Shown here: one piece after another, positions 13,175 through 31,867 of the stretch
Layout of the letters: each line of letters begins with the position of its first letter
Numbering within the stretch: position 1 is the first letter of the stretch
NCBI RefSeq assembly: GCF_009914755.1
Contig: NC_060939.1
From: the human T2T-CHM13v2.0 reference genome, Homo sapiens
Strand: one strand, 5' to 3'
Length of the DNA stretch: 64,000 nt
Translations under genes and position numbers: made by a program
The notes under the pieces: model-generated
The model's database searches: none
Told to the model about the DNA's origin: nothing
The model's input: only the letters and a program-made list of their open reading frames with translations

Positions 13175-13830
13175 GCTAATTGTTGCCAAAAATGTAGAAC
13201 GATTGGAACTCTCTTACGTGGCCAGTTGGGGTGAACTCATATACAGCCACTTTGGAAAACATTTTTGAAGTTAAGTTTACAAATACACTGATCATATGAT
13301 TCAGTGAATTCCACTGTCTCCCCAAGAGCAATAAAAACATGTCCACATGATTGCTCATAGCAGTTGTACTCATAATCACCCCAAACTGAGAAGTCACCAA
13401 ATATTTATCAACAGATGGATGAATAAGCAAATTGTGGCAAATCCATGCAATGAAATACTATTCAGCAATAAAAAGGAACAAAATATTGGTAAATGCTACA
13501 ACACGGATGAACCTCACTGACATGATCAGCCAAATAAACCAAACATAAAAAGAGTACACACTGAATGATTCTATTTTATGAAATTCTTTAATAGACAAAA
13601 CTAAACTAAACTGATGGTTGTCTCAAAACAGGGTTGGGGCTATTGACTGCAAAGGGGCATAAGGAAACTTTTTGAGGTGATAAAAAATTTTATATCTTGA
13701 CTGTGAGAGTGATTACAGAGATGTACCCGCTTGTGAAAATGCATCAAACTACGCTTTAGATGGGTGCATTTTGTTGTATGTAAATTAAACCTCAATAATG
13801 TTAATTTAAAATAAAAACAAAAAAGCAAAA
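13175..13830 (+). mobile_element. Old L1M (L1MC/ME-like) 3' end
   Basis: ORF2 tail-like 'ggaactctcttac..cagccactttggaaaac', 'gatggatgaataagcaaattgtgg', 3'UTR 'tgtatgtaaattaaacctcaataa' plus A-rich tail. Confidence 0.85.
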
Positions 13831-14544
13831 CTAATGCATGTTTGAAGTCAATTCCCACTGAAATCTTCAGTGGTCAAGCCGTCTGTCTACAGGCAGACTA
13901 TTGCCTCCCTAAGACACTGCTGACCATTTACCCATCAGGAGAATTTTAGGAAATTTCATTAAATTATTACAAAGAGCAAGCTCTGATTCAAGACCTGATT
14001 TTCCTGGCCTCTCCCTGGGAGAATAGCAGCTGATGATAAAAGCAATGAAAACAGTGCATATTTATTGATTTGTTGAAATACCAGGCATTTGTAATGCTGT
14101 GCCAGTATGTCTGGTTCTTAGCACAGTGCCTGGTACATAGGAGGCACACCATAAATATTGATTGAGTAGTAGAACAAAACTTATAACAACGTTACAATGA
14201 ATGTATCACCATTTTATAGATAAATAAGCCAGGGTCAGAGAAGTTAAGTGACTTTTCCAAAGTCTCTAAGAGTTTTCAAAGCTATTTTTCGAGCCCAGGT
14301 CTCTAGCATCAGGCTTTCCATTAAATTAAAATTCAATTTAATGCAAGATATCCTGCTTCCCAATTGGTTGGGTTGTTTTTTTAATGTAAAATTGTTATGA
14401 TTATATCTAAATCATATGCCTGTATTGGCTATCAAATGATTTAAATATGTGAACAATCTTTGTAAACTCCAAAGCTTTGTAGAAAAACAAGATGTAAGCA
14501 ATATGGCTTAGCATAAAATTTGGCTTTCTTTTTTCCTAACATAA

Positions 14545-14790
14545 TAAAAGCTAACATTTGTGCTTAAAATGTACCACACACTGTTCTAAGTGCTGTGTAG
14601 TCTATAAAAATCACTTAATTCTCACTTAAAACTCTCTGAGGTACATATCATCATCATCATTGTCTTATCTTTGTCTTCAACATCTCCATTTTATAGGTGA
14701 GTTCATGCATTTTTTCCCCTGAGTTATAGAGGTAGTAAGTGGCAGAGCCAGGATTTGAATCCAAATAGTTTTTATTCAAATCTCTCATAG
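14545..14790 (-). mobile_element. MIR SINE
   Basis: Antisense MIR 'ctccattttataggtgag..gtaagtggcagagccaggatttgaatccaa'. Confidence 0.75.
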
Positions 14791-14810
14791 CCATTACCCT
14801 ATACTTTCTC

Positions 14811-14855
14811 ATCCATCCATCTACCTACCTACCCATCCATCCATCGTTCCATCCC
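14811..14855. repeat. (CCAT/CCTA)n simple repeat
   Basis: atccatccatctacctacctacccatccatccat. Confidence 0.8.
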
Positions 14856-15049
14856 CACAACACTAGTTTTTAGCATATTTCCTTGCAACACGTCTGACAA
14901 ATAATGTTCATTCAGTGATATCCTCACCTCATTGTCATTCACTTCGATGTTCTGTATAGATGAACAGACTGCAAGTTATGTATATTTTTCTATATGTCAG
15001 TTGAAATTTCAACCAATTTTAAAATTCAGAATAGAAACTGTTCCTCTAG

Positions 15050-15190
15050 ATTAAAACAATAACAACAAGCAAAACAATGGCATAGCTTGTCTTTTATTGC
15101 TGCCAATCTGAGTTGGGTAAATTTTGCATTAATAAGTCACATCACATTTATCTGAATAATGTTCTCTTAAACTGAAAAAAGACACAAAGG
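15050..15190 (-). terminator. Candidate terminal exon with poly(A) site (minus strand)
   Basis: Minus strand: acceptor ctttgtgtcttttttcAG (AG at 15173-15172), AATAAA at 15098-15093, CA ~14 nt downstream, then U/GU-rich ttgttttgcttgttgttattgtttt. Confidence 0.35.
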
Positions 15191-17884
15191 ACTTATCACT
15201 CCAGAAAGCTATCTTACATATTCCATCCATACTGTTTCTCTTTTCCTTCTCTTGAAAATATGTTGGAAAAATCTAGCATGGGATTTCCAAATTTTGACTC
15301 TTCAATTCAATAGTTAAAGGGCTTATGGCCAGAAAGTCATTAGCATTCTTCCCAATGACCAGGCAGCATGGGCACAGTAGATGATGATGCCTTTGAGAGC
15401 AGTTGAGAAGAAAAACCTCTAACTATTGTGGTATTCAGAGGAGAAGCCTTCAAAGGGCTAGAGAGGTTTACTCTTCAGGTTGACAGGCATGTCTGTAGGC
15501 TGGATCTCACATTTGGGGCAATAGTCCCCAAGGAGAATAAGTTCAGAAGAGGTCTGATAAAAGCTGCACATTGATTAGGATATTTCAGCGAGGAAACTGT
15601 GATTAAACATGCCTCTAGAGCAAATACAATTTAATGTATTTCATGACAGTTTTGATGCTTCATTTTAAGAAAGGAATTGTGATTTTTTTAATGAAATGTC
15701 AGTTTTACCGGATTGGTTTTATAAAATAGAGCATATCTACAATGCTTTCTTGTTCAGACTTTATAACCTTTGCTATTGTATTAACTAGGTTGAATGACCA
15801 ACATTTGAATATCTTCAAAAAGGATTACCTACATTCTGAAGACAGATACATTTATTAAGTATTCCTTATGGATTCATTTCAAAAATTATATATGTAGAGA
15901 AAGAACACACCGCTATTTGCCTTGTTAGTAAACTAAATGGACAAAATCCCTTTCATTATGCAGCCTAGCTAATATTACCACATTCGAAAAAAATTTCAAA
16001 ATTTAAGAATGCACTTCAAATACGCATTCTTAAAAAAAAGCTGTTCAAAGGGACAGAAGCAAATATCTTTCTATGTTTTTAAAATTTATTTTTGCATGCT
16101 TTCCATTATGAAGGCAACTCCTTTCTTAAAGACTAAAACCCAGCATAAGCATTTGGCCTGTTAGATGTGCAACAAACTCCATTTTTTTTGTGGCATGAAC
16201 AAAAGGCTTTTGGTTTGCAATCAGGCTATAGTTGACACACTAATTTTTCCCTCTAGTAAAGAGGAGTTTCACTCAACAGGTTCGTCGCAGCCTCTGCACC
16301 CAAGACCCCGCTGGGAGCCAATTTTAATACCTGAAATATTCTCTGCTTTCTGAAGAGGGCAGGACATCCGGAGAATACTTGACATTAAGAGTGATCGTAA
16401 TAAAGTTTTGTCTTAATCTATTCAGGAGAATTTTAGAGTCAGGAAAGTATGATTAGAGCATCTATGTCTCGGGAAAAGTGTCCCCACTGTGCTTTAAGCT
16501 TCATATCTTGTAGAAAGATTTAAGACCAAATAATCTTAAAATCAAACCAGATTAGAAGTGCTCTGGAGAAGAAGTCCAAGAGATATATCTTCCCAGTAGT
16601 CACATTATATAGGATGATATAGTTTTGTTGGTTGAAAGGATGTCAAGGGATTATATGAATTATCCACTTTGACAAAGTTAAAGATAAAGGTTAATAATCT
16701 ACCAGCAAAAGAAAGGGCAATGCCAGACACACATACTCCAGCCGTTGCTTCTCATAATTCCTCTAAGACCTCTCTGGGCCTGGGATTAGTGAGTGCCCCC
16801 GATTCTTCCATGTGGGGCCCTTGGCCTCTTTCAACTGTCAGTGCTTTCGATCATAGGGGTAGTCTGGTATAAAAGGAAGGCTGACGGAATAAAAGTGAAG
16901 ACAATGCAGGTTTAATAGGGAGAAATGATTTTCCTACTTTCCTTTTTGGAAGCCAAATACACTGTCCCCGTATATTGCCACTTGAAAAAAATGAGTTAAA
17001 AAAATCTGATAACAAGGCTCAGAAGGCTGGCTTAAATGAGGTCAACTACTATGACTAAGTAGCAATCTGAAGAAATGTACAAAAATCAAGCCTGTTTTTC
17101 CAATATTTGGAGGAGAGCTTATTTTAAATAAAAATCAAAATTTTAAGAAGTAGACTACAAAATAAAAATAACTATAATAATTTTATTATATGAAATATAA
17201 TCTTGTAATGGATATATTATGCCATATGTAGTCTATATGATGATGTATTATAATAATTTACATTCGTGTACCAAGAATTAAGCTATCCATTTTGCATCAA
17301 TTTTCTTTCTCTCTTTACCAAGTGACAGATTTAATGTAAACTGATTCTGTTACAATTGGATCTAATTTATAGAAACATGTATACCATTCATTCCACGGTA
17401 GTCAGTCTGTTACATTGTTTCTATCAGAGCTATCTTTTTTAGTGAATTGGGAACAAAGCTTACACTAACACCATTTGTCACTGAGCAAGCTGAACTCTGC
17501 TTTCTAAATAGTCTGGCCACATCAATTTTCTAACATATTTATCTCAATAATTGTATGTGAGCAATACATTTACTGTCCCATTTAAGAGATGAGAACATTA
17601 AGGCAGAGAAGGTTATAGAGCTCACCAAAGGCACACCATCACTAAGTACCTGTTGCAGAGGGGTTACCCTAGGTTGCAGGAGATAATTTTTGGGTTTATT
17701 GCAAGGCTATCCTGTGTAGTTAAGTGCTATGAAGAAAATTGCAGCTAAGAAAATAGAACGGAAATTGCAGCTGATTTTTGAGGCAAATAGACATATTAAG
17801 GTCCCACTGTGCACTGCTCAAAGCCTTTATGAATTAATTATATGCTACATGTCTCGTTAATTACTAACGTATCACTGTACTCAC

Positions 17885-18059
17885 CTTTTGCCTTAAAAGC
17901 TTGGTAAAATCTCATACATATCCTCGAATGAACTACTGCTTCTCTATATGCTTGCTTACAAATTATAGTTTGATCCAAGAAACTAGAAGTTTCTGCTTCT
18001 CTCTGGCTTATATTCACACGTGTTGACATGGAGCATGTGTATGTGCAGTAATCACGTGA
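17885..18059 (-). promoter_or_regulatory. Candidate Pol II core promoter and 100-nt first exon
   Basis: TCACGTGA (18052-59), CATGTG (18034-39), CACGTG (18017-22), minus-strand TATAAG (18012-07), Inr-like CTAGTTT with A at 17984, donor AAG|GTGAGT at 17885/17884. Confidence 0.5.
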
Positions 18060-19097
18060 GTGTAATAGGCTCCCTTGAATAGTGCCCACCTCAAAGAGAA
18101 CAGCTGCAGTGTTATTGTTTTCAGTGTAATATCACATTTATAGAACTTGCTGCCAATGTGGTAAGATCAATAGGAATTGCACTTTTATACTACCAGTTTT
18201 CCTCTGGCCTAATTTCATGTAGACCAGGAGCATGCACTCACATGCTTGAGGGAAACCGAAGCCACAACGAGTGACAAATGTTCATTTGTCCCCAAGATTG
18301 AGACTGGAATAACAGTACTGCTTTCTCTAGTTTCAGCTTGCCTAAAAATATGTGGTGATTAAATCTTTATTCAATATGCTTATATCAAACATTGGCCATA
18401 AATTTCATAATTCATATTTATAAATAGTTTGGGTGAAAAGAAAGATTTGGGAATAAAAAACTTAAGCTCTTATAAATTTTTTCCCAGTTTAAGTCTTGAT
18501 TCTGTTATATGATTTTATTGATCACTCATCATGCCCCAGACACAGCCCTCCACACAATACATGGTTATCTCAATTAATCCCTACCACATCTCAACAACAG
18601 AGGCTCAGAAAGGTCATATGCTTTTTGGAAATGGTAGAATTTGAACTTAGGTCTCTGACTCCTAAGGGTATATTCTCAAGTCCTACCGCATTCTGCCCTT
18701 TGAAATCGATGCAGGCAGGCACAGTTGCCATTTTTTATTGCCCAACGGGTACAGCTACTCTTATGAAGCAATGCTTATAGTGAAATCAGCTTACATAGCT
18801 ACAGTGACCAGTGATTTGCTATATGATGGAAACTCCAGAGAATTTAAAAGTGAGGAAAAATTTAGGATCAAGGCTTGAGCATAATTGATGGCAAAATCTT
18901 CCTGCTTCTGCAACAAGTAGAGAGAATAGCTTGTAAATTGGGCCATTGTTATTTTTGGTCAGGGCCAGGCTGGTCAGATTCAGCAATAGAAGAGTGTTTA
19001 CTTGATACTCGGTTCAATTTGGTCTCCTGGTCTTAGGTGTCACTTGCAGCTACTTAGATGTCAAGGGACAAACTGCACCATTAAAAAAGTAAAAGGA

Positions 19098-19220
19098 GGC
19101 CATTGGATGATAGGCATCTCACACCTATCATCTCAGCACTTTGGGAGGCTGCGGTGGGAGGATTGCCTGAGCCCAGGAGTTCCAGATCAACCTGGGCAAC
19201 ATAGAAAGACCCTATCTCTA

Positions 19221-19253
<33 letters not shown>

Positions 19254-19446
19254 GCCAGGCGTGGTGATAGGTACCTATAGTCCTAGCTACTTGGGAGGCT
19301 GAGGCAGGAGGATTCCTTGAGCCCAGGAATTTGAGGTTGCAGTGAGCAATGACTGAGCCACTGCACTCCAGTCTGGGCAACACACAGAACAATCCCTTGT
19401 GTCTTAAAACAAAACAAAACAAACAATAACAACAACAACAAAAACA
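19098..19446 (+). mobile_element. AluJ with expanded central A-tract and (AAAAC)n tail
   Basis: Alu dimer, J-type diagnostics 'gattgcctgagcccaggag', 'ctgggcaacatag'; ~30-nt mid A-run. Confidence 0.92.
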
Positions 19447-19449
19447 ATG

Positions 19450-19555
19450 GTTCTTGTTAAACATACAGCTTCCCAGGTTCCCAGGTACCTCTCCTGGAGA
19501 CAGGGATTCAGAGGGCCTGAGACGAACTTGGGAATTTGCAAGTTTAACATACACC
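19450..19555. mobile_element. MER5A fragment
   Basis: 'cttgttaaacatacag..cccagg..gggcctga..ggaatttgcaagtttaaca'. Confidence 0.55.
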
Positions 19556-19959
19556 ACGGGAAATCCTTACCATCAGAGAAGTCAGAGATACTCTGCCAAG
19601 GCAAAGAAGATGAAGCTGGCAGAATTAATTGGCCTTCCTTGCCGCTTTTCCTTAAATGCTTGTCTCTGATTTCCTAGTTCCTTTAGTGCTGGTTCTGTGC
19701 CATTGACACTTGACCTCATACATCCTTTCCTGGGTTCCTAGCAGCTGCTCCAGTTCTTGTCTGTATACCACTCTGCCTCTTGGGTCACAACCGCTTGCCA
19801 TTTTCTACTATTAACGTTGCATTTTGTTTCCGTTGAATTTGACCCATGTGAGAGAACTGGCGGTTCAGTACCCAAACAGATGATTTCCACCCCAGAAGTT
19901 CAAAGAATGATATGATCTTATTTTCTTCTTTGTTTTGGATATGAGCTAAGCAAATGCAT

Positions 19960-20155
19960 TCTAGGTCAGTGGATGTCAACCTTGGCTCAGCTCCTCAGGG
20001 AGCTTTACAAACCACCCTGGGTGATTCTGATGTCATTGTTCTGGGCTATAGCCTGGGATCAGGGACTTTAAAGGCCCCAGCTGCCTCTACCATGCCCCAT
20101 CGGTGGTAGGGTGTGGGGGTACCAACACTCTAGAAAGTCCTGCAACCACTCTACT
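19960..20155. mobile_element. MER5A-type MITE
   Basis: 'cagtggatgtcaaccttggct..gattctgatgtcattgttctggg..gcctggg..'. Confidence 0.55.
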
Positions 20156-21019
20156 AGTTTTTAGGAGAGTGGAACTGGGTTTATAAAAAATGTTTGCTTT
20201 AGGTATAGAATCCATCTGAGCTATCTTTGAAGGAATCAGCCAAAGTAGCATATTGCTCACCCAAACTCTCTTTTCAAGGAGAGAAAAATCTTCAGTGAGC
20301 CCCTTTTATGCCTAGCCACCACTCTTCCCTGGACCGCATCTGAGAAGAACGTTTTATAATATCGTATTTATATAGCGCTTATCTCCCTAGAGCACACATA
20401 CCATGCAGATATGTTTTAAGATCTCATTAATCTCACAGACTTTTTCCTTTAAGATTTCACAGGAGTATCACGGCAATATATAAATGCTGAAAACACAATT
20501 TTAAAAATATATATAAGTGCCATGTAATTTTCAAACTATTATTTACATTCCATAAACATTTATATTTGGGTGTATATAAAACCCGGAAAATATCTATAAC
20601 ATATATAAAACACAAACCATCAAATGTGCTTGCATTGATCAACATTTCCTTTCAATTCCATCTTTTACTCTATGGTACCCTATTTTTTCTTTCTCCTTCC
20701 CTTTGCAAGAATTTTCATGTCTCTTTATTGCTGAAATTCCTATGGCTACATTTATGGTTATTTCACCCACCATGTTTGCTTATTTTCCACATGCTCATGG
20801 TGGCAATCGCATCAAGGTGAGCAAACGGCTTGCAACATCCGTTGCTTCAAATCTTACCATACAACCCCTCCCTGCCTCACGCAGCCCATACAAATTCTTA
20901 GCTCTGTGGTATTCCTTTTCCTTTGACAATTACTTACAAACTATGAGTAGCTTTATTTGTTGGGCAATAAAAAATGGCAACTGTGCCTGCCTGTATCAAT
21001 TTCAAAAGGCAGAATCCTA

Positions 21020-21190
21020 TAGGAGTTGAAAATATACACTTAGGAGTCAGAGATCTAGGTTGAAATTCTGTCATTTCCAGAAAGCGTATGACCTTTCTGA
21101 GCCTCTGTTATTGGGATGTGGTGGGGATTAATTGAGATAACCATGTATTGTATGGAGGGCCATATCTGGGGCATGATGATCAATAAATGA
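21020..21190 (+). mobile_element. MIR SINE
   Basis: 'ggagtcagagatctaggttgaaattctg..tgacctttctgagcctctgt..ggattaattgagataacc'. Confidence 0.65.
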
Positions 21191-21325
21191 TGACGTCCTT
21201 AGTAGCATCTGTCATCTACACAGACAAGCCTTCCAGTCTCAGCCCAAGCTCTCTCCTTTATTTAAGTTGTTCGCTGACTCCTGCTGGGAGACTTCAAGAC
21301 CCGTTTCCTCTGCTGCATCATTTCT

Positions 21326-26849
<5,524 letters not shown>

Positions 26850-27829
26850 CTGCTGCATCATTTCTGCTTGTTTATTTCACCTTTACAGATGTTCCTTTAT
26901 TTTCTTTTACTAGCATGTTTCTGCCCATTAGACTGTAAACTCCTTGGGGCAGGAATATGACTTAAATCATTTTGTCCCTACTCCCAGACATGCAAGTATA
27001 TAATGAGAGTAGGGGGACAGATAGGGAACTTCCTACCTGCAGATACTTGGATAATTCACACTAAGGCCTTGAAGAAAAATTGCATGTCTGCTTCTCCTCC
27101 TCTCCGCAAGAAGAAAGCATTAGACAGGCATTCAAGTCCTTAGATACCTTTTTTCTAACTGGTCCTAAATTGGATCTTTAGGCAAACTTTGCAAGGTCTG
27201 TCTTTGAGAACGGAAATCTAGAAACCCTGTCCATCGCACAAAATTTTGGCATGCTGAAGCTTAAATTACTGAGCCTCCCTAGAGAATGAGGCTTGTTAAG
27301 CTTGGGGTGTAGTTTCCCAGACCGCACTGCTGGAATCTGCATTCTGGGCACTTGGCTCCCTCATTTTGATTCAGGCTAATTCCAGGGGCAGGTCACCTTC
27401 CCCACAGAGGAGCTTGGAAACACCTGTTATGGACAGACATTGCCGTTCCTCTTCTTCTGAGGAGAGAATTGTTTGATGTGTCTTAAATGACCTCATTATT
27501 AGCCCTTGGTGGAGCTTCCATTTTTTTCAGATTTAAATTGGACTAAACACTGACTAATAAGGCTCCTGTGCTTATTAAAATTGTGTTGTTCATGTTCATA
27601 GCATTTCTCTTCATCACCAAGGAATAATGAGTAGAGTTTGTAAATTCTTTCGCTAATAATTCAGCAATTATGGTATTAAAAGAGTGTTTTGTAGGATAGA
27701 CATGAGAGGGGATGTAAAGAAATTAGGAGAGAGGAACTATTCATCTTGAAGCTGAAGGGGAATAGACATTTTTGCCTCCCCTCTTGGAACCTAAATGAAG
27801 TGGGGTAGGCAGAGGGGCCTATGATTGAC

Positions 27830-30505
27830 TTTTTGTCTTTATCAAGGTATAATTTACAAATACAAATTGTATGTATTTATGGTGCACAATGTGATGTTTA
27901 GATATATATATTCATTGTGAAATGGTTAAATGCTTATCAGTCAAGCTAGTTAATGTAGCCAACACCTCACAAAGTTTGTTTTTTTTGTGATGAGAATATT
28001 CAAGATCTCTGATAGCAATTTTCAAGTATAAAATACATTATTATTAACTATAGGCACCTTGAAGTACAAGTTCTCCAGAACTTACTCATACTGTCTAACT
28101 GAAACTTTGTACCATTTGACCAACAGCTTTTTGTCCATTTCCTTTTCCAATTCCCTCAGCCTCTGGTAATCAACCTTTGACTGACTGCTTCTATGAGTTA
28201 GAAGTTTTTTAGATTCCACATATAAGTGAGACCATGTAGTATTTATATTTATATGCACAGCTTATTTCAGTTAGCATAATATCCTCTAGGTTCATCCTGA
28301 GTTGGAGGATTTCCCTGTTTTCTAAGGATGAGTACTATTTCATTGTATGTATGTATGGGTCACATTTTCTTTATCCATTCATCTCTCCATGGACACTTAG
28401 ATTGATTCTGTATCCTGGCTATTGTGAGTAGTGCTGTACTGAATATGGGAGGGCAGAGATCTCTTGGACATACTGATGTCATTTCTGTTGGATATGTACC
28501 CAGAAGGGGGATTGCTGGATCATAGGGTAGTTCATTGTAGTATTTTTTGAAGCTCCATATTGTTTTCTAGGATGCCGGTACCAATTTGCTTGCCACCAAC
28601 AGTATACAAAGGGTATTTTTCCTTACACACTCTCCAATACTTGTTATATTTTGTCTTTTTGTTCAAAACTATTCTCACTGGTATGAGGTGATATCTCATT
28701 GTCATTTTAACTTGCGTTTCCCAGATGATTAGTGAAGTTGAACTTTTTTTTATCTATCTGTTGGCCATTTGTATGTCTTCTTTTGAGAAATGTCTATTTA
28801 GGTCCTTTTGCCATTTAAAAAATCAGGTTACTTGTTTCTTGCTATTGGTTTGAATTCCTTATATATTTTGGATGTTAGCCCCTTACAGATGTATGGTATA
28901 TAAATATATTCCCCCATTCTGTAGGTTGTTCTTTCATTCTGTCAGATGTTTCCTCTGCTGTGCAGAAGCATTTTAGTATGACACAATTCCATTTGCCCAT
29001 TTTTGCTTTTATTGCCTGTGCTTTAGAGATCGTAGCCAAGCATCATGGTCCAGACTAATGTTAATAAGTTTTTGCCTATGTTTCCTTCTAATAGTTTTAC
29101 AATTTTGGATCTGGATTTTAAGTGATTAATTTATTTCGAATTGACTTTGTATATAATGTGAGATACAGGTCCAATTTTATTCTTTTGCATGTGACTATCT
29201 AGTTTTTTCAAAATCAATTACTGAAGAGGCTGTCCTTCCACCATTGTCTGTCCTTGGCACTGTTGTTGATCAGTTGATTGTAATTGCATGGATTAATTTC
29301 TAAGATCTCTATTGTGTTTCATTGGTCTGTATGTCTATTTTTATGCTGGTACCATTCTGTTTTAATTTCTACAAGTTCGTGGTATGCTTTGTTCTTTATG
29401 CTCAAGATTGTTTTGACCAGTCAGTGTCTTTTGTGGTTCCATATGTATTTTATGATTGCTTTTTCTACTTCTATGAAAAATACCATTGTAATTTTGAGAG
29501 GGATGGCATTGAAGTTGTAGATCACTTGTAGCATGGACATTTTAGCAATATTAACTTTTTCAATTCTTAAACATGAGACGTCTTCCCATTTATTTGTGTC
29601 GTCTTAAATTTCTTTCATCAGTGTTTTATAGTTTCAGTGTACACATCTTTCAGCTCAGTTAAATGCATTTCTAAGTGTTTTTTTAATGCTATTGTAAATG
29701 GGATTGTTTGATTGATTTTGGGGGGATAGTTCTTTGTTAGTGTATAGAAATTTTACTGATTTTTGTGTGCTAATTATGTGTCTTGCAGCATTACTGAATT
29801 TGTTTATTAGTTCCAACAGTGTTTTGGTGGAGTCTTTAGGATTTTCTATATCTAAAATTATGTCACCTGCAAGCAGAGATAATTTTACTTATTCCTTTTC
29901 AATTTTTATGCCTTTTATTTCCTTTTCTTGCCAAATTGCCCTTGTTAGGACTTCCAGTACTATACTGAATAGGAGTAGTGAGAGAGGGCATCCTTGCCTT
30001 CTTCCTGATCTAAGAGGAAAATCTTTCACTTTTTTACCACTGAATATAATGTTAGTTGTGGGATTGACATAAATGGCCTTTTAAATATTATATATGACCT
30101 TTTTAATATTAAGATAGTTTTCTTCTACATCTAATTGGTTGACTGGTTCTATCATGAAAGCATGTTGAATTTTGTCAAATGCTTTTTCTGCATCTATTGA
30201 GACAGTCATATGATTTTCATCCTTCATTCTATTAAGATGGTGTATAACATTTATTGATTTGTATATGATGAACCATCTTTGTATCTCAGGGACAAATTCC
30301 ACTTGATCTCAGTGTTTGACTGTTTCAATGTGCTGTTAAATTCACTTTGTTTGTATTTTGTGAGAATTTTTGTATCTGTTAATCAAGGATATTGGCCTAT
30401 AGTTTTTTTTTTTTTTTTTATAGCTTCCTCATCTGGCTTTGCTATCAGATCAACACTGGCCTCGTAAAATGAATTTGGAAGCATTCACTCCTCTTCAATT
30501 TTTTT
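27830..30505 (-). mobile_element. 5'-truncated L1MA (L1MA7/8-like), ~2.7 kb
   Basis: L1MA 3'UTR at the left end; ORF 30081-30302(-) matches L1 RT ([27 protein letters not shown]). Confidence 0.9.
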
Positions 30506-30696
30506 GTATGTGATTGATATTTAAATCACATTTCTAATATTTGGTGAGGACAGAGTATTACAGTGGTGTTGGCTTCTCTTTGTAAATTTTCCCTCTTTAG
30601 GGCATTCCAGTGCTTCTATATTCAAAGTAAAATGTGCACTAATGTGAAAAATAGAGGAAATTCTATTTTTAAAACTGAGGGTCATTTTAAGGGTGA

Positions 30697-31144
30697 TGTA
30701 GTAGGTCGAATGGTGACCTCCAAAAAGATATTGGCATGTCTTGACCATAGGAACCCACGAATATGATCTTGTTTTGAAAGACAATGTTGGCAAATGTCAC
30801 TAAGTTAAAGATCTCAAAATGAGATTACCCTAGTTTATCTGAGTAAACCATAAATCCAATGACAAGTGTGCTTATAAGACACACAAGAGAGGACACACAA
30901 AGAAGAAGGTCATGTGAAGACAGAACCACTGACTGGTGTGATGCAGCCATGAGCCAAGGAAAGCCTGGAGTCACCAGGAGCTGGCAGCAGCAAGGTAGGA
31001 TCCTCCCCTAGAGAGTTTGGAAGGAGGCTGGTATTGCTGACACCTTGATTTCAGACTTATGACCTCCAGAAGTGTGAGAGAATACATTTCTGTTATCACC
31101 AAGTTTGTGGTAATTTGTTCCAGCAGCCCCAGGAAACTAGTCCA
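30697..31144 (+). mobile_element. MaLR solo LTR (MLT1B/C-like)
   Basis: TG...CA ends (tgtagtaggtcgaatggtg ... ggaaactagtcca), 'ctgacaccttgatttcagac', 5-bp TSD ggtga/gatga. Confidence 0.88.
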
Positions 31145-31437
31145 GATGACTAGAGGATTCATATCAGAAAGACAAAGTGACAAAGTTCATGGGCTTTGGT
31201 GATTACAAGACCTGGTTAAGGTTCAGGCATTTTTACTCCTTTGCTTCTATGGCCTTAGGCTAAGATATCCTCTCCGACATCTGATTGGCCAGTGAATTGA
31301 CAATTCATTAATTGGTTCCTCAACAAGCTTATAATTACATCTTTGTGTGCTCTAGTCACAGTGGTAGGCATTGTGGTAAGTAGATGCACTTCCTAACATT
31401 ATACAATTTTACAGGTAATGCAAAGAGACCAGTATTA

Positions 31438-31867
<430 letters not shown>

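Noticed and set aside
19781-19874. Terminal complementarity (tgggt..aaccgct / ggcggtt..accca) suggesting a small structured RNA
   Set aside because: Only ~12 bp in two helices; no tRNA, snoRNA box or Pol III signatures.
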